Of a DNA stretch of 32,000 nucleotides, positions 1-8,358 are shown piece by piece. The translations under genes were made by a program, and so were the position numbers. Positions within the stretch are counted from its first letter, which is position 1; each line of letters opens with the position of its first letter. Under the pieces are notes generated by a model, which did not search any database, was not told where the DNA came from, and was given only the letters and a program-made list of their open reading frames with translations. Source of the stretch: Candidatus Iainarchaeum sp. (GTDB lineage: Archaea > Iainarchaeota > Iainarchaeia > Iainarchaeales > 0-14-0-20-34-12); NCBI GenBank assembly GCA_030649345.1, contig JAUSKK010000054.1, forward strand, positions 23,228 to 55,227. Reading direction: 5' to 3'.

Positions 1-3000
1 TTTGCACTGTTGGATTGCCCATTTGTGCTGCAATAGCTGCGGCATCTCCGCTGGCTAATAATTCTCCAATAGCTGGTGTTACCTCTAAAGCAATTCCTTT
101 TTCTCCAATGCTTTTCGCTGCAGCTTCAGCTGCAGTTAATGCTTGAGTTCGAATTCCTTTTCTGGCATCGATTACTGCATCTTCTACTTTTTGTAATTCT
201 TCAGCATATCCTGCTCCAGGTGCTCGGTATCTTGGAGCTAAAGCAGCATTGCTTGCTCCAATTTCTTGATACAATGTTCTGAATCTTTGAGCCAATGCTG
301 GATCTGCTTTGGCATGCGTTAATGCAGCATCAAATTCTGTTTGCAATAATTGTGCTGTTACTATTGTTTTGGCTCTTTGCAATGCTGTAATTCGTTCTTG
401 AATACTGTGTTCTAAAATGGCATGCAATTCATTTCGAATTAAACCCCAATTTACAGGCCTGGGGATGGGTGCTGCTCCATACAATCTGTTTCCAATAGCT
501 TCAATTGAATTGTTAGTCATTAATTGGGTTACTTCAGCTACTTGTCCTGCGGTTAAAATTTTTCCACTGACTTGCAAGTATTCTCCAATAAATGCTCCAA
601 TTGTTACACTGGTTAATGCTTGTTCTAATCTTCCGCCAATTATGCCAGTGTCATTATTGTTGGCTGCATCAATGACTGCTTGTCTGGGATCAGGCGTAGG
701 CAAATTTTGGTAAGCTGTAATGTCTTGACTTAAATTATAAGGCGGTAAAACATAGTCTCCTAAATTTTTCAAAGTTTGAGAATAATCCACTCCCGGCATA
801 TTGAATAAAGCAGAGCCTGCTGTAATTCCGCAATCTCCGGCAACACTTAAAGCCAATCCGCCTAAACCTATTCCTCCACGGAATGAAATTGCATTGCAGG
901 CTATAGATACGGCTGCACAGGTTCCAGTGTATCCTGCTAAAGCCCATTTTTTGGCTGTTCGAACTTCTTGATAATATTCGGGTTGTCCAGCCAATGTTGC
1001 ACTCGTAGATCCAAAGAATACGTCAGCTTGTTTTCTTTTTTCTGGATCATTTAATCCTTCTTCTTGTCTTCTGGCAACTACTTCGAGTAAAATATCATCT
1101 ACACTTAATTCATCTGGGCCAGTCCAAGCTACATTCGGAATATAGTACGAGCCTACATCTAATTTGATTAATCTGGAAACCAAATCATACGGGCTTAGTC
1201 CACAGCTTTCTAATTTAATTAAAGCTTCATTGCTTTCTCTTGTTACTTTGTCTTTGGCTCTAGCTTTAACTTTCAATTGAGTGCTTAATGCATTTTTGAT
1301 TTGAGTTACATCTCCTACTGCACATAATTTTACTGCAAAAGAATAATTGGTCAAATTTTTTGGATCTTGTTTTAATTGAATTACTGTTCCTTCAATTTTA
1401 TTAGTTGGATCATCGGAGTATTCTTGAATAATTTCATCTTTTTTAATATCATTTAATCCAGGAATTCCTGTTTGTTCTTCGTTAGCTAATAAATAAACCG
1501 GTGTTTTTGCATTTGCTCGAATGACTTTTGTAATGTCTGCAAATCCTGCTGTGCTAATTTTTCCATTTTTGGCATCTTCTACTAATTGAGCCCAATTGGT
1601 TTGCAGAATAATTCGTTCTCCAATGGTGCTGGATACATTCATATCCAAACAAGTTTCTGTAGAATACAAAGCCAAAGCTGCTTTAGGATCAGGCTGGCTG
1701 GGATTAACTTGAGGTCTGGCTGAAGTTGGCAAGTCTCTTAGTACTAATTCTGTTTTGTCTGCATTCATGCATCCATTGCCTTCCAATCCTCCTTTGGCTA
1801 AACTATCTATTCCTTTTCCAATTTCTGTGCCTAATTGTTTTTGGAATTCTGGATTGCTGGAAACATAAATGTCATTAATAATGGCATCAATTTTGACTGG
1901 TTTTACATTGCCTTCAGCGTCTGTGACTTTTTCCATTTTTAATTTGATTACTCCAGAGCCTTCGACTGGCCCAACTGTTAAATTCAAGTAATTATTGTTT
2001 CCGCTTTTTCCTGTTCTGCCTTCATTTTTTCCAAACAAGCTTTTTGCTAAACTACTTTTTAATTCTTCAAATTGTTTGGCATCTGTATTCGCTGGAGTGT
2101 CTCCTGCAACTGTTCCCAAAAAAGTATTGCTTCTTGTATTCAAAGTTAAGTCTTCGTCTTTGGGTAAAAAATTCATTACATTTTGTATTTGTTCAGTACA
2201 TTCTGCAGTAATTTTTCGTTCATCTTGTAATTGGAAAGAAAATACCAATCCTTCGTCGCTGAATTTTCCGCCTATATTTTGTACAGCTCCATCCAAGCTA
2301 ATTCTGTATCTTCCACAGCCTGCTAAAATTCTAGGAACTCGAATTTGGTGGACTGAAAAACTGGAAGTAATTAATTCTGCACTTTCTTCTATGGTGTTGA
2401 CTGCATATCCTTTGATTTCTTTGAACTTGGTGCTGTCATCTAATATTTTTTTGACCAATTCACTGGTAACTACATCGTTTTGCAAGTATACTTCTAGGAA
2501 AGGAACACTAATTCCAAGAGAACTGAATGAACAAAATGTTTGGGTTGGATCACAACTTCCTGCATTGCGTGCATCATAGCTTATTTCTCTTAATCTTCTG
2601 CGTACATCTCCTGCCAATCTGTTTATTTTTCCCAAAACATGCTGAGTCATTTGTTTGGCGTCACAATAATGAGCTGAACAATCGGCTTCATTTTGGGTTG
2701 CAATATCCGGCAATTTAATGCTTACTGTTGTTTTTTCGTCTCCGCAAATTGGCATTTCAAAACTAGCTGTAGCTTTTCCTTCTTCGCTTAATTCTTTTCC
2801 CAATAAAATAGTAGCCAATAACTTGTTGGATTTACTGAATTGCTGGCTGCGTACTAAAAATCCTTTGACACTAATGGCTTCAGGTCTTTGTCCTGGACTA
2901 ACATAGTCTGATTTTTTTCCTAAAGTTAATTTGTATTCTTGGCTTTCTCCTGGATTCAATACAGTACTTGCGCCTTCAAGTTTGAGTTCATTTTGTCCGA

Positions 3001-6000
3001 ATAAAGTTCGGTCTAAAGTTAATTCTCTAACTTCTTCTGCACAATTGTTTTGGATTCTAATTTTTTTCTCCAATACTCCGGCTGAACTAACTTCACTTTG
3101 GAATCGTAAAGGTTCTACTTCAAATACTTTCAGGCATTCTCCGCCGGAAATATAAACTTGTAAATCTACTGCAGTTAATTCAATTCTTCGGCCATTCACT
3201 GAACCCCAAATAATAATTCGTGCAGGAATTGTTTTTCCTTCCAAGGCTTTGGTAGCTGCAGTGCTTAAGTAAATTGTTTTCGGAGGATTCAATTGTTGTC
3301 CTGGCATTAACATTCCTTGCCATAAACTTTTTTGGCTTCCGAAATAAGTAAAATTATTAGAGCCAAGCTGACTGAATGAATTGTTTGGATTTCCAAATTG
3401 GGTTTGTCCAAATCCTTGATTGTATCCTAAATTATATCCGCCAGTTGGACTGGAATTAAATCCTCCAAAGCCAGGCTGTTGGCTGAGTGCATACATTGGA
3501 TTTTGCAAAGGATTATTGGGCACACCGTATTGGGGTGTATCGTAGGGCAATACTTCTGGTCTTTGATACAATGTTTGATTGTCATAACTTGGCTGTGTTC
3601 CTTGTGTTGATTGATATCCTGTAGCAAACAAGGCATTGCCTCCAGATTCTACTGGCAAAATATCAATGTCTAAACTACCTGAAAATCCAGGTGCTAAAAC
3701 TGTAGTGAATTGCAATGCATTGATTGGGAATTCTCCCACGTTTTTAATATACAAAGGCAAGTATCCTGTGGCTCTTTCTTGTAAATTTCCAGTAGTTTGG
3801 TTTTCTCCTTTGGCTAAAAATACTTGTCCATTATTTCCTGCAATAGCCTGCAATCCAAATTGCGGTGGAACTACTCGGACAAATAAAGGAATACTGGCAG
3901 TCATTTGCGGAGAATTGAAAAATATTCTATACGGGTATTGTAAAATTCCTTGTCTTGGAATCCGGTTGGATAAACTTAAGCTAATGCTTTTTTCTTCTCC
4001 AATTTGTAAACTCAAAGAAGGAGCTGTAATGGTTAATTGCTGGTCTTGTTCCAATCCTTCAATTCGGGTTGAAAAACTTAAAGCTTGCGAGCATTCATTT
4101 CGTACAATAATGTCTACTCTTGCACTGGTATTATCTAAGCCTAACAAGAAAGCTTGAGCTTGCGGTGTATTAAACACCAAACAATCTTGGGGTAATTCTT
4201 TATTGTAATTTACTGTTACTCTTGTTCTGATTTCCACTGGGAAAACATCTTCAACTGTACCGCGAACAATTACTTCAGCTTCGCCGTGCAGTCTTTCTTC
4301 TGGATTGGTTCCTTTAAATCGTGCATTCAAATTTAGTGAACCTGTTTCATTTTCGCTTAAAGCGCTTTGAATTTGTGCTTCAAGTACTAAATTTTCCGGC
4401 CAAAATTCAGATTCTTGTACTTCTACAGTTAAAGATTTAATTTTGAACGAACTTTTGTTTTGAATATTGATTCGTTTGCTTTCGGTTTTTTTATTGGGCT
4501 GTAAATCAAACAAAGTAGTTTCCTGTAAAGTTAAAACATCTGTTTTTCCAATGAAAATAGATTGTTCGATTTTTCTATAATTGGGTGCAGTAACTTCTAC
4601 AATTAATACTCCAGCTGGCAGTCCTGCAGGAAAACCATATTCTCCGTTTCTTCCTTTTTTACCAGCATTATTTCCAATGACACTTCGTAAAGATTTTTTC
4701 TTTCCATCCAATATGCGTACAGTTGCATTGCTTACAAATTCACTGCTTTCTGAATCTTTGACTTGAATGGTAAACGGCTGTCCAATCACAATTTTTTCAG
4801 GAACAATTTTGAGGTCCATTTCTTTTTCAGAATATACTGTAAAAAAGTGTGTTTTTTCTGTTTCTGTTTCTCCAACTTTGACTTTGATTTGCAGGAAAGT
4901 ATTTTCTGCTTTTTTGGTTCTAAATGTTATGCGAATCTTTTTTTCTTCTCCTTGAGTTAATTGCAGTAAATCAATGCGGTCTTCTACATCCAAAGAATCT
5001 TCCTGTGAAAATACATTGCTGAGTTGTCCAATTTGTCTTCCATTCAATCCAATTTTGGGGTTTTGTTTATCTGTGCTTACCGTAATAATAGGCCGGGCAT
5101 TTTGGGTTGCTTTTAATGTTAATTCCAATGCATAAGTTCGATTCGTTAAAGGATTGAATTCATGTTCTAAAAATTTGTTGCCTTGATCGTCTACAAATAT
5201 GCTGGAAAAACAAACAGTGTTTACACATTCGGGTGTATCTTCAAATAATGGAATGGCTGCAAGTTTAGCTTCTGCATACAATGCACTTCTATGTTCATTC
5301 GAATTAGCTGTTTCCAAAACTGAGTCTAAAGGTTCTCTGAAAAATTCTCCATTGAGTGTACTCCAAGCTCTGTATCTGACTGTAATCTCATTTTCTTGCA
5401 ATGTTTCTCTGGCTCGAATTTTTAATCGTACAATTTCGACTGTATTGGGTTTGTCAAAATATAAATCCAGCCATTTATTGTATGAATTTGCAGTTCCTTT
5501 ATTGCTGCGGTCCAATCCTTCATTGCCGGGTTCAGGTGTAGCCATATAGGTTCTGCCATATGCAAAATTGCTGGCTGTGGAATCAAATCCTAAAATTCCT
5601 GAACTTTGAGAGTCTGCGAATTTTACAGAATCATCTCCGATTCTAAAATGAGCCCCTGAAGACAATTGAGTTGGACTAAATTCTAATTTGAATTTTAGCC
5701 AATAAAATTTTTCTTTCGAAATTCCTTCAACTATTTTTCCATGCTCGTCTTCAATTCCAATGAATTCAATTTTTGGGCTTAATCCTGCAGTGCTTTTGGA
5801 TAAAGTAATATCTGCAGTTTTTCTTCCATTCATTTGAATTTCTTGAGAAAAAGTATTTCCATCCAAAAAAGTTGCCTGCAGTATAAAGTTTTCTTTGCCC
5901 AATCCATCAAAACTAACTTGGCCTAAATTACTAGGCCCAGTGTATAAAACTGTTCCATCTTTGGCTGTGATAACCAAATTTCCGTCAATGATTTGTCCTG

Positions 6001-7564
6001 TTTCGTCTTTTAAATTTAAAGTAACCAAAGTCAAAGGCTTAATTAATTGAATTTTGATTTCATTTCTTTTTCCAGACTCAATACTTGTACTTCCTGTTCC
6101 TGCTTCAAAGTCTTTTCTGGCTTTGGCTTTAATTTGAGTATTCAATCGCACAGTAGCTTGCTGATATCCTGTTAAGTCTGTAACACTCGAAGGATAACCT
6201 GCAGGCCATTCTTTTCCATCTATAATTTCCAATAATTCAATGGTTGCATTATTGGCTGGTCTAAGCAATGAATCCAATACAAAAATATTCAATAAAGTAG
6301 AATTTCGGCTATGCACTGGTTCTAAGTTTAAATTTACAGTTGGCTGATCTACTGGTTTGATTGTTTTATGTTCTGGTAAATATCCTGCTTTAAATCCTGT
6401 GACAATATATTCTGTGTTTTGATCCAAGCCTCGGAATTCTATTGTGCCAGATAAATCAGTTGTTTTTTCTTCCAGTAAAGTATTTTCCAATGAATAAATT
6501 TTTACAATTCCATCACTTAAAGGAACACTGCCTTGATCCAATAAATGTACTTCAATACTTTCTCCGCCTTGTTCTAAAAATGCTTCTACAATTTCTTGTT
6601 CTTGTCTTAATGTTCTGGCTGAAATTTCTGTACTAATGTATCCTAATTTTTCGACTGTAATTCGTACACTGGTTCCAGTATCCAATAATTCAGTATAACT
6701 TCCATCTTCGTCTTGGACTTCAGAAATTAAATCATTGGTTAAACCGTCAAAAATTTTTATTTTAACTGCAGTTAATTGCTGCTGTGTTTGTTTGTCTTTG
6801 GCTACAATTAATAATTGGGTTTTTCCTTGAAATGAAATAATGCTGGGCTTTAATTCAAATAAAGTAATTTGTTCGCTGTCAAATACAAATGGATCACTGC
6901 TTTGTTCATAGCCATTGGCTCGGGTAATTAAAAATCCCTGCAAGCCTACTGGAATTCCAGTAAATGAAAATACATTATCTGTTCCTAGAATTCCGTCAAT
7001 TGTTTTTTCTGCAACTACAAACTGGGCTTGCACTTCACTGACTGGTAAACCGGATTCAGAGTCTACAAATTTAATTTTTCCATCTACATAGCTTAAAATT
7101 TTATTCAAAGTTAAACGCAATGAAAGTTGTTCTGATTCTAAAACAATTTCTTGTTCTGTGCTTTCATATCCTTCTTTGCTGGCCCGCACTAAAAGTGTAC
7201 TGCCAATTTTGAGTCCTTCCAAGGAAAGCGTTTGATTGGCGGAAACAATTTCTCGCTTGATTGAATTACCGGCTGCGTCCAAAATTTCTAAAGTGACTCC
7301 GCTAAGAGATTGATCAAAATTATCTTGTAAGCGTAAAGAAATTTCTGGATTAATGGATGTTCCCAAAGGAGACAAAGAAAATACAGCAACAAAAATTAAA
7401 ATAATTAAAGCCAAAGTTACAGGCAAACTCGGCAAGCCTTTGCTTTCCCAAAAATTATTGTATACATGAACTGGAATGCCGCGTGAATCCAAAGCTTCCA
7501 GCAAAGCATACCATTTGTCTTCAATGCCTGCATAAATTCTGCCTAAAATGTCAGAGATTCCCAT
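1..7564 (-). CDS. Giant N-terminally anchored surface protein. The N-terminal 2,521 codons are in the window; the C-terminus lies beyond the left edge.
   Basis: ATG at 7564-7562 gives MGISDILGRIYAGIEDKWYALLEALDSRGIPVHVYNNFWESKG, followed by the hydrophobic helix LPVTLALIILIFVAVFSL. I checked this minus frame (codons starting at positions = 2 mod 3) by hand and found no stops at 2-60, 722-1080, 2522-2580, 3362-3420, 5522-5580 and 7262-7564. The supplied track lists no ORF fragment at all in this frame over 7.5 kb. That fits a single ORF running off the window, since open-ended ORFs appear not to be listed. After the anchor come about six beta-rich modules of roughly 90 aa that resemble carboxypeptidase-regulatory-like / Ig-like folds (e.g. 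GVTLEILDAAGNSIKREIVSANQTLSLEGLKIGSTLLVRASKEGYES). Downstream of these are unrecognised domains, a Q/N/G/Y-rich tract and a Cys/Gly-rich segment. Confidence 0.8.
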   Translation of the reverse strand, partial: MGISDILGRIYAGIEDKWYALLEALDSRGIPVHVYNNFWESKGLPSLPVTLALIILIFVAVFSLSPLGTSINPEISLRLQDNFDQSLSGVTLEILDAAGNSIKREIVSANQTLSLEGLKIGSTLLVRASKEGYESTEQEIVLESEQLSLRLTLNKILSYVDGKIKFVDSESGLPVSEVQAQFVVAEKTIDGILGTDNVFSFTGIPVGLQGFLITRANGYEQSSDPFVFDSEQITLFELKPSIISFQGKTQLLIVAKDKQTQQQLTAVKIKIFDGLTNDLISEVQDEDGSYTELLDTGTSVRITVEKLGYISTEISARTLRQEQEIVEAFLEQGGESIEVHLLDQGSVPLSDGIVKIYSLENTLLEEKTTDLSGTIEFRGLDQNTEYIVTGFKAGYLPEHKTIKPVDQPTVNLNLEPVHSRNSTLLNIFVLDSLLRPANNATIELLEIIDGKEWPAGYPSSVTDLTGYQQATVRLNTQIKAKARKDFEAGTGSTSIESGKRNEIKIQLIKPLTLVTLNLKDETGQIIDGNLVITAKDGTVLYTGPSNLGQVSFDGLGKENFILQATFLDGNTFSQEIQMNGRKTADITLSKSTAGLSPKIEFIGIEDEHGKIVEGISKEKFYWLKFKLEFSPTQLSSGAHFRIGDDSVKFADSQSSGILGFDSTASNFAYGRTYMATPEPGNEGLDRSNKGTANSYNKWLDLYFDKPNTVEIVRLKIRARETLQENEITVRYRAWSTLNGEFFREPLDSVLETANSNEHRSALYAEAKLAAIPLFEDTPECVNTVCFSSIFVDDQGNKFLEHEFNPLTNRTYALELTLKATQNARPIITVSTDKQNPKIGLNGRQIGQLSNVFSQEDSLDVEDRIDLLQLTQGEEKKIRITFRTKKAENTFLQIKVKVGETETEKTHFFTVYSEKEMDLKIVPEKIVIGQPFTIQVKDSESSEFVSNATVRILDGKKKSLRSVIGNNAGKKGRNGEYGFPAGLPAGVLIVEVTAPNYRKIEQSIFIGKTDVLTLQETTLFDLQPNKKTESKRINIQNKSSFKIKSLTVEVQESEFWPENLVLEAQIQSALSENETGSLNLNARFKGTNPEERLHGEAEVIVRGTVEDVFPVEIRTRVTVNYNKELPQDCLVFNTPQAQAFLLGLDNTSARVDIIVRNECSQALSFSTRIEGLEQDQQLTITAPSLSLQIGEEKSISLSLSNRIPRQGILQYPYRIFFNSPQMTASIPLFVRVVPPQFGLQAIAGNNGQVFLAKGENQTTGNLQERATGYLPLYIKNVGEFPINALQFTTVLAPGFSGSLDIDILPVESGGNALFATGYQSTQGTQPSYDNQTLYQRPEVLPYDTPQYGVPNNPLQNPMYALSQQPGFGGFNSSPTGGYNLGYNQGFGQTQFGNPNNSFSQLGSNNFTYFGSQKSLWQGMLMPGQQLNPPKTIYLSTAATKALEGKTIPARIIIWGSVNGRRIELTAVDLQVYISGGECLKVFEVEPLRFQSEVSSAGVLEKKIRIQNNCAEEVRELTLDRTLFGQNELKLEGASTVLNPGESQEYKLTLGKKSDYVSPGQRPEAISVKGFLVRSQQFSKSNKLLATILLGKELSEEGKATASFEMPICGDEKTTVSIKLPDIATQNEADCSAHYCDAKQMTQHVLGKINRLAGDVRRRLREISYDARNAGSCDPTQTFCSFSSLGISVPFLEVYLQNDVVTSELVKKILDDSTKFKEIKGYAVNTIEESAELITSSFSVHQIRVPRILAGCGRYRISLDGAVQNIGGKFSDEGLVFSFQLQDERKITAECTEQIQNVMNFLPKDEDLTLNTRSNTFLGTVAGDTPANTDAKQFEELKSSLAKSLFGKNEGRTGKSGNNNYLNLTVGPVEGSGVIKLKMEKVTDAEGNVKPVKIDAIINDIYVSSNPEFQKQLGTEIGKGIDSLAKGGLEGNGCMNADKTELVLRDLPTSARPQVNPSQPDPKAALALYSTETCLDMNVSSTIGERIILQTNWAQLVEDAKNGKISTAGFADITKVIRANAKTPVYLLANEEQTGIPGLNDIKKDEIIQEYSDDPTNKIEGTVIQLKQDPKNLTNYSFAVKLCAVGDVTQIKNALSTQLKVKARAKDKVTRESNEALIKLESCGLSPYDLVSRLIKLDVGSYYIPNVAWTGPDELSVDDILLEVVARRQEEGLNDPEKRKQADVFFGSTSATLAGQPEYYQEVRTAKKWALAGYTGTCAAVSIACNAISFRGGIGLGGLALSVAGDCGITAGSALFNMPGVDYSQTLKNLGDYVLPPYNLSQDITAYQNLPTPDPRQAVIDAANNNDTGIIGGRLEQALTSVTIGAFIGEYLQVSGKILTAGQVAEVTQLMTNNSIEAIGNRLYGAAPIPRPVNWGLIRNELHAILEHSIQERITALQRAKTIVTAQLLQTEFDAALTHAKADPALAQRFRTLYQEIGASNAALAPRYRAPGAGYAEELQKVEDAVIDARKGIRTQALTAAEAAAKSIGEKGIALEVTPAIGELLASGDAAAIAAQMGNPTVQ

Positions 7565-7760
7565 ACAGTTCACATTTCACTAAGTATAATTAATTAAACC
7601 TAATTCCCTTAATTAATCTAATGTTTAGCAGAATGTTGAATATTTGCTAATTCAATATACTGAAATCAAGCATATTCTTTTATTTGTTCAACATTCTGTT
7701 CTTATAATATATAAATGTAAATAATAAATAAACCAGTAGGGTTATTTTTGGGTTGATTCA

Positions 7761-8357
7761 ATGGTTTCTGCAAGGCCAAGTGCTCGTTTTCGTGTTTTAG
7801 GCTCTAAACTTTTGGCTGAACTTCGCAGGCCTAGAACAGGCAAACATAGTATACTTCAAAAAAGAAGCAGACTTAAAGCAGCTTTTGAAAAACGTTTAGG
7901 CCAATTTCAGCAAGTTTTCAAGTTTTATAAATTGGACCAAATTTCTGTTTCTGCAAAATTATTAAGATCTCCGAAAGGCTTGCAAAAATTTCGCGGAATT
8001 TTGGTTGAAATTTCCAGAGTTGAAAAAGAATATGGCAGTGAATCTAGAAAAATTAATTTATTGAGAACTGAATTGACTGAAATGGCGCAAGCAACCAGAG
8101 CACGCAGAGGTCCGCATTTGACTGCCTTGGAAAATTTGTATACTTTGCAAGCTGTGAATTTTTCTTTGGAACGCGAATGGCAAACGCGTGCATTGCATAA
8201 TCGTTTAAGAATTCTTTCCAATAATCCAGAAGCGCATTTTGATGTTTTGAAAAATGACTTGATTTATTTTCAAAACATTCAGGCATCTATGGCTGCCAAT
8301 GTAAAAGAAATGGAACGCATTCAAGGCAGTTTAAGAAAAAGTTATTTTGTTCAATAA
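7761..8357 (+). CDS. Hypothetical basic, probably helical or coiled-coil protein (198 aa)
   Basis: ORF in the track, Arg/Lys-rich (MVSARPSARFRVLGSKLLAELRRPRTGKH...). An AT-rich intergenic region with TATA-like runs (about 7700-7735) precedes it and is shared divergently with the giant gene. It ends 1 nt before the stop of the convergent 2,184-aa gene. No family recognised. Confidence 0.45.
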   Translation: MVSARPSARFRVLGSKLLAELRRPRTGKHSILQKRSRLKAAFEKRLGQFQQVFKFYKLDQISVSAKLLRSPKGLQKFRGILVEISRVEKEYGSESRKINLLRTELTEMAQATRARRGPHLTALENLYTLQAVNFSLEREWQTRALHNRLRILSNNPEAHFDVLKNDLIYFQNIQASMAANVKEMERIQGSLRKSYFVQ

Positions 8358-8358
8358 T

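Noticed and set aside
76-7560. Numerous plus-strand ORFs of 60-200 aa listed in the track (e.g. 417-713, 1995-2579, 3636-4157, 5199-5549, 6442-6636) and two short minus-strand ORFs (735-947, 3427-3636)
   Set aside because: All lie inside the giant minus-strand ORF, antisense to it or out of frame. Their translations are Leu/Phe/Ser/Cys-rich, low-information sequences typical of shadow frames of an AT-rich gene.
7925-8286. Minus-strand ORFs 7925-8221 and 8053-8286
   Set aside because: They overlap the longer plus-strand ORF 7761-8357 and each other. They are shorter and have no start context. I kept the 198-aa ORF as the more plausible gene, though it is itself uncertain.
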